Shown in pieces: positions 36,473 through 46,961 of a DNA stretch of 64,000 nucleotides. Positions within the stretch are counted from its first letter, which is position 1, and each line of letters opens with the position of its first letter. Origin of the DNA: Candidatus Poribacteria bacterium (GTDB taxonomy: Bacteria; Poribacteria; WGA-4E; PCPOR2b); NCBI GenBank assembly GCA_965208675.1, contig OZ242351.1, positions 2,456,491-2,520,490 of the forward strand. Reading direction: 5' to 3'. Position numbers and translations under genes: made by a program. The notes beneath the pieces were generated by a model that was given only the letters and a program-made list of their open reading frames with translations, was not told the origin of the DNA and searched no databases.

Positions 36473-37783
36473 CTACGCCGCTGCGTTCTGGTTGAGCGCG
36501 ATTGCTAACTCTCCCTCGGCTGCAAGCGTTCCTTCGACATACGCTTTACCACCGATGCGCGCCCATGTGCGGCGCCTCCGTAGAATTTCAACTTCCAACC
36601 TGAGTTGGTCCCCCGGAATAACAGGGCGCCGGAATTTTGCGTCCTTAATCGACGCAAAATATCCAAGTTGCCCCTCAACAGATTGTTCTTGCAGTAACAA
36701 CCAGGCGCCAAGTTGCGCTAACGCCTCCATCTGCAATACGCCCGGCATCACCGGCTGCTCAGGAAAATGGCCCTGAAAAAATTGCTCGTTGATTGTGAGA
36801 TTCTTGATACCAACTGCCCGTTTTCCCGGTTCAAATTCAATAACCCGATCGAGCATGCACATTGGATAACGGTGCGGTAGAATCCGATAAATCTCTAGGG
36901 ATTCCACCGGGTCTTGCAATGGTTCTCCAATTAGTCTCTTTTCCGCTAGATTTTGAATCAGCTGCGCGTGTAAAGCGTGGCCAGATCGAATCGCAATAAC
37001 TTGTGATTTAGGAAGTTGACCGCCCAAGTAGAGATCGCCAATCAGATCCAAAATTTTGTGCCGCACGAATTCATCTTCAAACCTTAGCGCACCACTGGTG
37101 CGTCCACCTTCATCAACAACAACCACGTTTTCATGAGTCGCTCCTTTACCGATCCCCTGATTTTTGAGCGCCTCAACTTCATCGGCGAAACAGAAACTGC
37201 GTGCAGGCGCAATCTCTTTTTCATAAATCTCTGGCTGGATGGTGTAGGTTGCAACTTGAGACGGTATTTGGGGGTGATCGTACGCGAAGGAGACTTGCAT
37301 TGAATCCGAAGGAAGTAAAATTAGTTGCTTATCATTGTCATAAACAGCGAACGGTTCTGACAGTTCAACCGAGTACCGCGGTGCGTTCTGTTGAATAATT
37401 CCCGCTTCTTTGATGAGATTTACATATTGCAACGCACTTCCATCTAGCGCAGGCGGCTCCGGCGCATTGATGTCAATGCTCACATTATCAATCCTCATAC
37501 CCGCCAATGCCGACAATAGGTGTTCAACGCTGCTGATTGTAGCATCACCGCTGCGTAAGCTAGTACAGCGGGGAACCGCATCTTCATAGTTATCGGGGCA
37601 AACTTTAATCGAGGGGTTGCCGGGGAGATCGATTCGGTGAAAAACAACCCCGTAATCTTCCGGCGCCGATTTAAAGGTTAGCTCAACTGCTTCGCCCAGC
37701 ATCAAACCACACCCCGAAATCGCCGCTTCATTTTGAATCGTCTGTTGCCGCTCCAAATCGAAGTCTCCCTTCCTTGTACGCAC
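36473..37783 (-). CDS. lpxC-fabZ: bifunctional LpxC deacetylase / FabZ dehydratase
   Basis: 436 aa. N-terminal LpxC-like half (GCGLMLGE...HRID...VEHLLSAL). C-terminal FabZ half (LPHRYPMCMLDRV...FFQGHFPEQPVMPGVL). Confidence 0.9.
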   Translation of the reverse strand: MRTRKGDFDLERQQTIQNEAAISGCGLMLGEAVELTFKSAPEDYGVVFHRIDLPGNPSIKVCPDNYEDAVPRCTSLRSGDATISSVEHLLSALAGMRIDNVSIDINAPEPPALDGSALQYVNLIKEAGIIQQNAPRYSVELSEPFAVYDNDKQLILLPSDSMQVSFAYDHPQIPSQVATYTIQPEIYEKEIAPARSFCFADEVEALKNQGIGKGATHENVVVVDEGGRTSGALRFEDEFVRHKILDLIGDLYLGGQLPKSQVIAIRSGHALHAQLIQNLAEKRLIGEPLQDPVESLEIYRILPHRYPMCMLDRVIEFEPGKRAVGIKNLTINEQFFQGHFPEQPVMPGVLQMEALAQLGAWLLLQEQSVEGQLGYFASIKDAKFRRPVIPGDQLRLEVEILRRRRTWARIGGKAYVEGTLAAEGELAIALNQNAAA

Positions 37784-37798
37784 GTAGGCTTGAGCCTG

Positions 37799-38836
37799 TC
37801 AGTCCGCACCTTGTGCTTTTATTTTGCGAATCATCTTTTGGTGTTCCTTTAAAGTATTCGAGAAGTGGTGTTTGCCGCCGTCAATGGCGACAAAGTAAAG
37901 ATGAGACGTGGAAACGGGACGTAAGGCAGCAAGGATCGAATCCAACCCCGGATTACAAATAGGCCCAGGCGGTAAACCCTTATGACGGTATGTATTGTAA
38001 AGAGAGTCTACTTCAAGATCCGCCCTTGTCAATTGGTGTTCGGGGTTGCCAAGCGCATAAAGAACGGTTGGATCTGCTTCCAGCCGCCAACCTCGACGTA
38101 AGCGGTTGTGGTAAACGCCTGAAATTAATGGGCGTTCATGCGCGTGTTTTGCTTCCTTTTCGATAATTGACGCCAATGTAACCACCTCGTGCCTAGACAA
38201 TTGCAGCGATTCGGCTTCGTCGCTCAACTTAGATGTCCACAACCGGTCAAAAATCTTAAGCATCAACTCGATTTGTACCTCGGGTGGTGTTCCATCAGCC
38301 AATTGGAAAGTATTCGGGAAAAGATATCCTTCCAACGTTTCCGCTTCGATCTTGTATTTCGTTCGCCACAGCGGAGAACTAGCTGCCCGCGCAAACGCCT
38401 CCGCGGATCCAAATCCCTCGCTCTCCCAAAGCTGCCCAATTTGAGCAATTGTCAAACCTTCGGGTACAACAAATCGGCGCGTCTCTACCCTTCCCGCTTT
38501 TAGCTTTTCGATAATGTTCATGGGAGTCATCGAACCGCTCAACCGGTAGATTCCCGCTTTCAAATCGCGGCTAGCACCACTGAACCGGGCCATCAACTGA
38601 AACATCACCGCACTGCGGATAAGATTTTCACGCGCAAGCTGTTTTGCTATGGCTTTTGAACTCATCCCGGTAGAAATGGAGGATAATCGCGGTTTAGCAT
38701 CTCGACTGACCGGCCTCAAGCACATCACCGCAAAAATCGCCGCAATTGCGCCCGAGATAGACAAACTGAATATTGCAACGTAGATAATTGCAGGGGCATT
38801 CCGCGCCGCGTATTTATAAAGAATGCGTGAATTCAT
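37799..38836 (-). CDS. mltG: endolytic murein transglycosylase MltG (YceG-like)
   Basis: 345 aa. N-terminal TM segment. ASIIEKEA and YNTYRHKGLPPGPICNPG motifs. Confidence 0.9.
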   Translation of the reverse strand: MNSRILYKYAARNAPAIIYVAIFSLSISGAIAAIFAVMCLRPVSRDAKPRLSSISTGMSSKAIAKQLARENLIRSAVMFQLMARFSGASRDLKAGIYRLSGSMTPMNIIEKLKAGRVETRRFVVPEGLTIAQIGQLWESEGFGSAEAFARAASSPLWRTKYKIEAETLEGYLFPNTFQLADGTPPEVQIELMLKIFDRLWTSKLSDEAESLQLSRHEVVTLASIIEKEAKHAHERPLISGVYHNRLRRGWRLEADPTVLYALGNPEHQLTRADLEVDSLYNTYRHKGLPPGPICNPGLDSILAALRPVSTSHLYFVAIDGGKHHFSNTLKEHQKMIRKIKAQGAD

Positions 38837-38886
38837 CGTATTTTATTTTGACACTTAAACCAGTAATCGTTACTTGGCATTCCCAG

Positions 38887-39309
38887 CTATGGGCGGTTTC
38901 GTAATTGCTCTAGGTAGCTCTCAAGTATCAACACGGCTGCCACCTGATCGATGATTCTCTTCTGCTTCTTTCGACGCTTTTTGGTTTGCTGAAGTATCTG
39001 TTCCGCCTCTACCGTAGTGAAACTTTCATCCCAGAATGAAATTGGTAGATTGGATGCGCGCTCTAAAAACGCAGCGAATTTTTTGACCTTCTGCGCTTGA
39101 ATCCCAACTTCACCATTGAGCCGAAGCGGCAGCCCGATGACAATCTGGTCTACACCGTGCGCATCAATTAGGGCATTTAGCGCTGCGAGATCGACCTTAC
39201 GATTCTTCCGCGTAATTGTGCAGAGCGGGTGCGCTGCAATACCGAGTTCATCGCTTATCGCGGCGCCGATTCGTACATCCCCGATGTCTAATCCAAGAAT
39301 GACTGCCAT
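38887..39309 (-). CDS. ruvX: YqgF/RuvX putative pre-16S rRNA nuclease / Holliday junction resolvase-like
   Basis: 140 aa. ILGLDIGDVRIGAAISD and VIGLPLRLNG motifs. Confidence 0.9.
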   Translation of the reverse strand: MAVILGLDIGDVRIGAAISDELGIAAHPLCTITRKNRKVDLAALNALIDAHGVDQIVIGLPLRLNGEVGIQAQKVKKFAAFLERASNLPISFWDESFTTVEAEQILQQTKKRRKKQKRIIDQVAAVLILESYLEQLRNRP

Positions 39310-40056
39310 GATGAGTTATACCTGCCTCAAAATCGAACAAAACCAGAGATAGACAGACCGATTCTGCCGCTTTCAATTAAGGTTTCCCCCACGTTTCTTA
39401 TCGATTTGATGGACATGTTCAGCATGACAATCATCGCATCGGGGGAACCTGAATCGTCATCTGCTTCAGGTGAGAAGGGGTGGATAAATGTCTATCGCTT
39501 TGGACGTTGTTATTCAGGACGCAAGCCCGTCTTGACGCAACCTTGACCGCTTAAGATGATAGCATTGGTGAGAATTGATGTCAAGTACAAACTGCTGCTA
39601 TCAGCGCCCTTTCGAGCCCAATAGAATGGCGAGGCGGCTTCAACGCCGGGGCTTATGTTAAAACCGTAAACTCAGGTTTGATGGGGGACGTACAGTCATT
39701 TCAACAGCCCGCTGAATCTATTCGCAGCCGAATTCGTGGGAAATTCTATATGGGTTGTAGAACGAAAACTCCCACGGCTTCGGTTGCGGCAATTCAAGTA
39801 GTACCTAGGAATGAATATTGGCGCGAAATGACACGCCTCCCTACAAAAATTGAGATTATGTAATAGGTTCTGTTGACATTTTGAGGCTACTGATTCGGCA
39901 AACGTTGTCACCATTGGATAATCTGATATAAGTAGCGCAAACTGTTAGTTTGCGGGCTCGGATCGCAATCTAAACAGATTGTGTTACAAAAGATTCCTTT
40001 GTACTTGATAAAGACTGCCGTTTAACCGTTCAATTCAACCTACGGGATGCCAAATG

Positions 40057-42660
40057 TCAACACGCCCTAGCTTCGCGGAAAACAAATTTCGCATCGCCGC
40101 CCTCATCGTCAAAGTCGACTTCAACGGTGCTGCCTTCGCGGAACTCGCCTTCAAGTATCTCAACAGCCAACGGGTTCAAGATATCCCGCTGGATGGTACG
40201 GCGGAGCGGCCGTGCGCCGTATACCTCATCATAACCGCGAACGGCGATCTCTTCTTTGGCAGTCTCCGAGAGATTCAAGTTGATATTTTTCTCAGCGAGG
40301 CGTGCGCTGAGTTGATTCAATTCGAGCGAAACAATCCTTTTTATCTCTTTGACACCAAGCCGATTGAAAATAATCAAATCGTCAATACGGTTGAGGAATT
40401 CAGGGCGGAATTGCTGCTGCGTCGCTTCGGTGACTCGATGCCGCATTTCGTCAACGTCTAAGTTCCCCGCGCTAATCCACTGGCTGCCGACGTTCGATGT
40501 CATGATTACAACCGTGTTTTTGAAATCGACAGTGCGTCCTTGTCCATCGGTCAGCCGTCCATCGTCAAGCAGTTGCAACAGCACATTGAACACATCCGCG
40601 TGCGCTTTCTCAATCTCGTCAAAAAGCACCACGCCGTATGGGTGGCGCCGGACAGCCTCCGTGAGCTGCCCGCCCTCATCATAGCCAACATAACCCGGCG
40701 GTGCGCCGATAAGCCTTGACACCGTGTGTTTCTCCATGTATTCGCTCATATCAATCCGAACCATTGCGCTTTGGTCGTCAAACAGGAATTCCGCCAGCGC
40801 CTTTGCGAGGTGGGTTTTGCCAACCCCGGTCGGACCCATAAAGACAAAAGAACCGATGGGGCGGCTGGGGTCTTGCAACCCAACACGGGAGCGCCGGATC
40901 GCATTGGAGACCGCCTCGACAGCCTCATCTTGCCCAATCACCTCTTCTTTGAGGCGTTCTTCCATGTGAATTAGCTTCTGAACTTCGCCCTCCATCATAC
41001 GCGCGACGGGGATGCCCGTCCATCTAGCCACGATCTCAGCGATAGCTTCGCGATCGATTTTCTCTTTGAGCATCTGATTTGACTGCTGCAACGACTCCAA
41101 GCTCTCTTTGGCGTTCTGGAATTGCGTCTCAAGCTCGAAAAGTTCTCCATACCGAATCTGCGAGGCTCTGGTGAGGTTCCCGGTGCGTGTCGCCTGTTCC
41201 TCCTCAGTCTTCAGGGCTTCAATCTGCGCCATAATTTCTCGCATGCGGTCGATGGTTTCCTTTTCGTTCTGCCACCGCGCTTTAAGCTGATTGCGCTTCT
41301 CTTCCAGACCGGCAAGCTCCTCGGCGATTTTCGCCAACCGGTCTTTGGAGGTATCATCCTCCTCCTTCTCAAGCGCCTGCCGTTCAATCTCCAACTGAAT
41401 GATGCGGCGTTCAACTTCGTCAATCTCCTCCGGGACGCTGTCAATCTCGATTCTTCGGCGCGACGCGGCTTCGTCGATTAGGTCGACAGCTTTATCCGGC
41501 AGGAACCTATCCGAGATATACCGGTGCGAAAGCGCCGCTGCAGCCACAATCGCATTATCCTGAATCTGGACGCCGTGATGGGTCTCGTAACGCTCTTTCA
41601 AGCCGCGAAGAATGGCGATTGTGTTCTCGACAGACGGTTCTTCCACCATGACCGGCTGGAAACGCCGTTCTAATGCCGCGTCCTTTTCGACGTGCTTCCG
41701 ATACTCATCCAGCGTGGTTGCCCCGATACACCGAAGCTCGCCGCGCGCCAGCGCGGGCTTGAGCATATTCGAGGCGTCAACGGCACCCTCCGCCGCGCCG
41801 GCGCCGACGATTGTGTGCAGTTCGTCGATAAAGAGGATTATTTGTCCGTCAGACTGTTCAATATCTTTGAGCACCGCTTTGAGCCGGTCTTCAAATTCGC
41901 CACGGTATTTGGATCCCGCGATAAGCCCCCCGAGATCCAGCGCCACTAGTCGTTTATGTGCCAGATTTTCCGGGACATCGCTGTTGACGATGCGCTGTGC
42001 AAGCCCTTCAACGATTGCCGTTTTTCCAACGCCCGGTTCACCGATTAACACCGGATTGTTCTTTCTACGGCGCGACAGCACTTGCATCAGGCGGCGGATT
42101 TCATCGTCCCGCCCGATGACCGGATCCAGCTTGCCCGCCATCGCCTCGTGCGTCAAATCCCGGCTAAACCGCGTCAGCGCTTGATATTTGTCTTCAGCGT
42201 TCGGATCGGTGACGCGCTGACCGCCGCGGATTTCCACCAACGCCTTGAGAATCTTGTCTTTAGTGACGCCGTGCGCACTGAGTATTTTCCCCGCGGCGCT
42301 CCGCTTTTCCTGCACGCAGCCAATGAGCAGGTGTTCCGTACTCAGGTATTCATCCTTTAGGTTCGCCGCCTCCTTCCACGCGGTATCAAAGACCGTTCTG
42401 AGTTCGGTTGAAAGGTGAAGTTCACTGCCGTTGCCGCGCACCTTGGGTGCGCTTTCAAACTCCTGATTCAGATCTGAACGTATGGCGTGCACATCCGCGC
42501 CGACTTTTTGTAGGATTGGCGTGACTACACCATCTGCCTGGTCTATCAGCGCGGCTAGTAGATGCCCTGCGCCAATCTCAGGGTTTTCTGCTTGACTTGC
42601 GCAGTCTTGAGCGGCTTGTACCGCTTCCTGCGCCTTTATGGTGAATTTATCATATCTCAT
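40057..42660 (-). CDS. clpB: ATP-dependent chaperone ClpB
   Basis: Two AAA+ modules ([15 protein letters not shown] and [15 protein letters not shown]) and a long middle coiled coil. The ATG at 42660 ([13 protein letters not shown]) follows AGGAGAGG. The longer ORF to 42723 is unlikely to be real. Confidence 0.93.
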   Translation of the reverse strand: MRYDKFTIKAQEAVQAAQDCASQAENPEIGAGHLLAALIDQADGVVTPILQKVGADVHAIRSDLNQEFESAPKVRGNGSELHLSTELRTVFDTAWKEAANLKDEYLSTEHLLIGCVQEKRSAAGKILSAHGVTKDKILKALVEIRGGQRVTDPNAEDKYQALTRFSRDLTHEAMAGKLDPVIGRDDEIRRLMQVLSRRRKNNPVLIGEPGVGKTAIVEGLAQRIVNSDVPENLAHKRLVALDLGGLIAGSKYRGEFEDRLKAVLKDIEQSDGQIILFIDELHTIVGAGAAEGAVDASNMLKPALARGELRCIGATTLDEYRKHVEKDAALERRFQPVMVEEPSVENTIAILRGLKERYETHHGVQIQDNAIVAAAALSHRYISDRFLPDKAVDLIDEAASRRRIEIDSVPEEIDEVERRIIQLEIERQALEKEEDDTSKDRLAKIAEELAGLEEKRNQLKARWQNEKETIDRMREIMAQIEALKTEEEQATRTGNLTRASQIRYGELFELETQFQNAKESLESLQQSNQMLKEKIDREAIAEIVARWTGIPVARMMEGEVQKLIHMEERLKEEVIGQDEAVEAVSNAIRRSRVGLQDPSRPIGSFVFMGPTGVGKTHLAKALAEFLFDDQSAMVRIDMSEYMEKHTVSRLIGAPPGYVGYDEGGQLTEAVRRHPYGVVLFDEIEKAHADVFNVLLQLLDDGRLTDGQGRTVDFKNTVVIMTSNVGSQWISAGNLDVDEMRHRVTEATQQQFRPEFLNRIDDLIIFNRLGVKEIKRIVSLELNQLSARLAEKNINLNLSETAKEEIAVRGYDEVYGARPLRRTIQRDILNPLAVEILEGEFREGSTVEVDFDDEGGDAKFVFREARAC

Positions 42661-42965
42661 TTTTGTCCTCTCCTGTTGTGCGGTTAGGTTTTTGTTATTG
42701 TCATCTTGCAGGATGAATGCCAACGCGCTAGCGTGGGTAATTACGGCGTTTCATTGGTTGCAAACAACCGGCAATCGTGCCAGACTGACAAAATGGCATC
42801 TGTTATGTACGTAAGTTGCCGAATTGGCATTTGGCTAGGATGACGCCGAAGAAAGGCCCCAAGAAATTCCGAAGCACACATTTACAGAATTTTTCGAAGA
42901 CAATAAAATTACCGGTTTTATTTCGGCACGGCGTAATGACGTGCCAATTTATGTGCATGACCGTG

Positions 42966-43766
42966 TTAATACAACCTCCTAGACGGAGATTTCGGAAACT
43001 TAACTGGACGGAACTCTACACCTTTTAGCAAACCGAGTGCGGCTTTCAATCGCACCTGAGAATCTTTGTCCTCGAGCAGTTCTTCGACCACTTTGAAAGC
43101 CTTTGAAATTGCAGTGGATAATGCCTGAAGCTGTGATTCCTGAAGATACGTGCGTGCTTCTAGCAATTCTTCAGCGAACGAGGAATTCTGGCGCCATGAA
43201 ATAATTGTGTACCGCGAAACACCAATCATGTCACCCACCTCTTGATCTGTTTTCCCCGATAACATCAGCGGGATTGCAAGGGACTGTTTTTCGGTAATCT
43301 CACGCTTTTCAGCCTCGAATTCCTTCCGATTTTTCTCTGTTTTTGGGTCGGTTTCGCAGGCGGCATTTTGTGCAGATATGAAAATATCTCCGTCGTAAGG
43401 ATTGTCATCCCCATCGTCGTCTTCATCCTCTTCGTGATTGGCATCTACGTCCAACCACTTTAGCAATATGCCGCTTTCAAGCTCAAGGCGCGTTTCGATA
43501 TCCTCATAACGATAACCTTGATGAACCAAGAAACCTGCACAAACTTCGGGCATATGGGATTCAAAGTTACCGCGAGTTACCGGATCGCCTTCTTCCGTCA
43601 GCGCTTCTATGGTTCGAAAAAGTGCATCGTTTTGCCAAGTATCGAATTCGCATGAGTTGATTCCGAGCCCTTCAAGCGTAGCGTAGTGTGTGCTTCGCAG
43701 ATATAGCAATTGTTGTTCGGACAACTCAAGATTTACAGATGCAATGTCTTTTTTGCGGGGTGCCAT
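42966..43766 (-). CDS. acidic protein with C-terminal helix-turn-helix (terminase-small-subunit-like / phage-type HTH)
   Basis: The ORF is open to 43775. The ATG at 43766 has better spacing to GAAAGGAA. HTH-like LSGKTDQEVGDMIGVSRYTIISWRQN. Acidic stretch EEDEDDDGDD. Confidence 0.45.
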   Translation of the reverse strand: MAPRKKDIASVNLELSEQQLLYLRSTHYATLEGLGINSCEFDTWQNDALFRTIEALTEEGDPVTRGNFESHMPEVCAGFLVHQGYRYEDIETRLELESGILLKWLDVDANHEEDEDDDGDDNPYDGDIFISAQNAACETDPKTEKNRKEFEAEKREITEKQSLAIPLMLSGKTDQEVGDMIGVSRYTIISWRQNSSFAEELLEARTYLQESQLQALSTAISKAFKVVEELLEDKDSQVRLKAALGLLKGVEFRPVKFPKSPSRRLY

Positions 43767-43846
43767 ATGGTGCATTCCTTTCTAAATTCAACAAAACTCA
43801 ACAATTTTCAACAGTTTTTTGTTTGATCCGGCTGCCACTGCTATCC

Positions 43847-44461
43847 TTATTTCGCGGCGGCATGTTCAAACATACGAATTAGATTGTCATCAAAAGGGGG
43901 GTTTAGCCTATCGTTCGCCAGTAGTTTTACAACGCGATGAGCAGTTTTAAAAACATGCGGATCGACTTTTTTGTCCGGCATAGTTATGGCTTTAGTGTGG
44001 GCAGCCTTGAGCGCCAGAAAATTTTTCATGAGTCTACCGAAGACATTGACGGAATCCAGAAGCGCTTTTCCTTCATCAACAGGGTGTTTAAATGTTACGC
44101 GCGGCCAGTTTGAATCTTCGAGGCTTTCTCGGTGTTGCTGGACACCTTTGGACAATGAAAATGCGAGCATGCAAATGACCTGCGGAATGAGCCGGTTGTA
44201 CGCTGTTCTGACGATCGCGCCGTATTTCTGCTCGTCAAATTCGGGACGCATCCAATCGAGCATCTGGATTATGTTTGCAATCTCAACGCGGTCCTGATGC
44301 ACGCAGATTGGGTCGTCTCGACGACGATGGCAATCGGGGTAACGATCGTAAAGTTCGTCAACAACGTTGTCGCGAGAAGCCGGCAACGCAAGATTCCACA
44401 CAATGTCCTGTCTGAGCCCTATTGGCCGCAACTTGTTTTTCCACTCAATTCGTTTGTGCAT
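43847..44461 (-). CDS. hypothetical protein
   Basis: 204-aa ORF with no recognised motif and no obvious SD. Preceded by a long structured leader. Confidence 0.45.
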   Translation of the reverse strand: MHKRIEWKNKLRPIGLRQDIVWNLALPASRDNVVDELYDRYPDCHRRRDDPICVHQDRVEIANIIQMLDWMRPEFDEQKYGAIVRTAYNRLIPQVICMLAFSLSKGVQQHRESLEDSNWPRVTFKHPVDEGKALLDSVNVFGRLMKNFLALKAAHTKAITMPDKKVDPHVFKTAHRVVKLLANDRLNPPFDDNLIRMFEHAAAK

Positions 44462-44578
44462 ATAAAAACACCAAGTTCAATTGTGCGAAGGTTAGGAGTC
44501 GGGGGTCGGGGGTTGTTTTGGGCAATCGAAAGCCCATGGACATTTTTTCTTGCTATCGAATGTCCATTGTGATAAAAT

Positions 44579-44700
44579 AAAAAAAGGCGTTAATTCAAAC
44601 ACTTCGCCTACCTAATCTCTGGTAGCTTGGTCGGCGTCAGAGATTGGTCTTGATTGTGATTATCATAAGGGGATAGTTGCTAGCTATCCCCTTTTTCATT
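44579..44700 (-). ncRNA. candidate small RNA or attenuator-type leader
   Basis: Minus-strand TTGACA (44736-44731), 18 nt, TATAAT (44712-44707). The transcript would contain GGGGATAG/CTATCCCC (44669-44691) and AATCTCTG/CAGAGATT hairpins, and end at AGGCG-loop-CGCCT followed by a U7 run (44585-44579). Confidence 0.3.
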
Positions 44701-44706
44701 TGTCAG

Positions 44707-44736
44707 ATTATAACATCCGTTATAATTGTTTGTCAA
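44707..44736 (-). promoter_or_regulatory. sigma70-consensus-like promoter
   Basis: TTGACA-N18-TATAAT read on the minus strand. Confidence 0.5.
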
Positions 44737-45090
44737 GCAGTTGAATTGATTAGAATTCGTCTAATAACTTTATTAAATTGAAAACTGTTTCCTCGCATTT
44801 TTCAGGCGGGGGTTTCTCATCATTATCCAACCCAAGTTCCTTAAGGCACGCCTCTACGCCAGTAGCATTGAAAGAGTCAATGTGATATTGGTTAGTTGCA
44901 TCCACGCCAGTACCGCCACCAACCCCCCCATAGCTCGCTTACGCGCTCCAACTTCATTTCATCAATGGCGCTACAATCCATTGAGGACATAATGTTTCTG
45001 ATTTTGCTCTTAATTTCTTTACGCAATAAGTAGATGTAGACTATTTGTGTTTTTGGTAGTTAAAATCGTAAAAGTATAGATGGGATAGAA

Positions 45091-45120
45091 ATAAAAAAGC
45101 CCCCGAATTAACGAGGGCTC
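45091..45120 (-). terminator. intrinsic terminator downstream of the protease gene
   Basis: Minus strand: AGCCCTCG-loop-CGGGGGCT (7 bp plus 1 mismatch), then UUUUUUAUUU. It begins 19 nt after the stop at 45139. Confidence 0.6.
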
Positions 45121-45138
45121 AGATGCAAAAAAACAAAT

Positions 45139-46206
45139 CTACTCATCTATCAATTCATCAAACTCTCTATTAAGAAACGCCCTAAAGTTCTTAAGATTTG
45201 CAATTTCCGCAACAGCAGAAGTCGCTTCGTGTTTATGCCTAAAACTGTAGATTGTATGTCCAAGATGATTTTCTATAATCTTACCTAAACCCTCATTATC
45301 TAAAAACGTATGTTCGCATGTATGGTGATATGAAAGCAAAGCACTTTTCATAAAATCATAATCATTGGTGCCGTCACCGGCAAGGTTAACAACATTGTCA
45401 CCAAACCCAATCTCATTTTTGCATTCATTCATTGATATATGTCTGTCATGAGATTTAAACTTACTATAATTGGACAATTCCCTAACAATCTCACTCGCCT
45501 TTTTTTCTCTATCTATGCTTTTGAGGTCGCCAAACATTCCGCTTTCGCGATTAAGCCATTTTTTGGCAACCGAAGCAGACAGCTGATTCAAAACGTTGCA
45601 CTCAGAAACTATACCAACGCTATATTTTTGCAAAATGGGAAGCCAAACCAAATAGTTTGATTCGTTTATTGCAATATCTCTCTTAGCCTCTTTAAAATCT
45701 TCAAGTATTGACCAAACTGGGGTGCTCCCTATATGAGGGTCAATCGGACCAAGGCTAGAATAAGTACCCATGTGTATTTTCTTTGCACCACACGCCATTA
45801 TAGTACCCGCAGACAAAGCAACTTGCGGCACAAACACCTCAACGTCACCGTGATACAAATCAAGCAAAAAATCCATTATAGACTCGGCGGCTGCAATGTT
45901 TCCGCCTCCAGTATGCAGAATTAAATCAAGGCCTTTTTCATGAACAACGCCCTCTCTTGCTTTTCCTGTGGGCGAATCCTCGGGTTTACGCTTGCCAATC
46001 GACAAAGACATGAAGGCGGTTTTATCTTTATCTTCAATACTTGTGCCTTCTCTATTGCTGCCATTATGCAACCAGCCAGAGGCATAAGAAATCACGTTTC
46101 TTCCACCTCGCAATTCATGAAATTTCTTAAGATATTTATGGCGCACTTGCTCATATCCATCACGTGCTTCTCTAATTTCGTCAGAAATTTCATTCCAGCT
46201 AGCCAT
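45139..46206 (-). CDS. SDH-family / S49 (SppA-like) Clp-fold serine protease
   Basis: 355 aa. LDLILHTGGGNIAAAESI....VFVPQVALSAGTIMACGAKKIHMG..SSLGPIDP matches the Clp/crotonase-fold serine-dehydrogenase-proteinase pattern. Confidence 0.6.
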   Translation of the reverse strand: MASWNEISDEIREARDGYEQVRHKYLKKFHELRGGRNVISYASGWLHNGSNREGTSIEDKDKTAFMSLSIGKRKPEDSPTGKAREGVVHEKGLDLILHTGGGNIAAAESIMDFLLDLYHGDVEVFVPQVALSAGTIMACGAKKIHMGTYSSLGPIDPHIGSTPVWSILEDFKEAKRDIAINESNYLVWLPILQKYSVGIVSECNVLNQLSASVAKKWLNRESGMFGDLKSIDREKKASEIVRELSNYSKFKSHDRHISMNECKNEIGFGDNVVNLAGDGTNDYDFMKSALLSYHHTCEHTFLDNEGLGKIIENHLGHTIYSFRHKHEATSAVAEIANLKNFRAFLNREFDELIDE

Positions 46207-46321
46207 GAGTACAATTCTTCCTGCGTTTTCTCGCCAGCGTTAATCTGATGCGGTTTCTTTCAACTCTTCAGCAGTGTCTGCGGACCTCTATCAATACCCC
46301 CAAAACGCTTCGCAATTACCT

Positions 46322-46516
46322 TTATACTTTTATACTTTGCTTAACCTCAGACACGTCATCAGTGTCAGAAATATAATCGTGGAACTTGCTCATCATTTCA
46401 CGCAATGATTGAACTTTGCTCGCGACGCTACCCGTAACTCCATTTCTAATTTTTTCTGGCATTTCACCTTCTAGTAGCAAACTTACTAAGCTCTGATGGG
46501 AGGTCTTGAATGGCAT
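46322..46516 (-). CDS. small hypothetical protein
   Basis: 64-aa ORF from an ATG, codirectional with and upstream of the protease gene. Confidence 0.35.
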   Translation of the reverse strand: MPFKTSHQSLVSLLLEGEMPEKIRNGVTGSVASKVQSLREMMSKFHDYISDTDDVSEVKQSIKV

Positions 46517-46687
46517 CAATGAAATCCTGCTAAGTGAGAAAATCCTCCCGAGTCATCACTGTTTTGCCCTTTCTGCGTTTAAAGGCGCCACTTAGCCCAT
46601 GTAGGATACCATACATTATCGCCATTATACAAACAATTTCACCCACAAAAACAATTGTTTGTCAATTTAAAGATTAGAACTATACCA

Positions 46688-46716
46688 TTGACTTAACCAA
46701 AATTCCAATCTAAAAT
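46688..46716 (+). promoter_or_regulatory. sigma70-like promoter
   Basis: TTGACT (46688-46693), 17 nt, TAAAAT (46711-46716). Confidence 0.45.
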
Positions 46717-46722
46717 TAACAC

Positions 46723-46901
46723 ATCAGGAAAAAAGATGCCTTTATTTCTGAAAACCTAAATCGTATAAGTCGATAGTAGCAACTATCAGCTTCAAAAAGG
46801 CTGCTCTATAGACATTTTCTCCGAAATATAGCCAATTAATTGAGTGTTCATATCTGGTAAAATTCTCTTTACAGCCGAGAGCATGTGTTCTCGGCTTTTT
46901 T
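46723..46901 (+). ncRNA. candidate ~180-nt small RNA, antisense-oriented relative to all neighbouring genes
   Basis: Runs from the promoter at 46688-46716 to a strong terminator at 46873-46901. The only internal ORF is a 7-codon one (ATG CCT TTA TTT CTG AAA ACC TAA). Contains conserved hairpin motif A (46762-46811). Confidence 0.35.
46873..46901 (+). terminator. intrinsic terminator
   Basis: AGCCGAGA-gcatgtgt-TCTCGGCT followed by TTTTTT. Confidence 0.6.
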
Positions 46902-46961
46902 ATTGCTCATTCCACGGTGGTAAAGTGTATATCATTTTCAAAATAATACTCCATTCGATTT

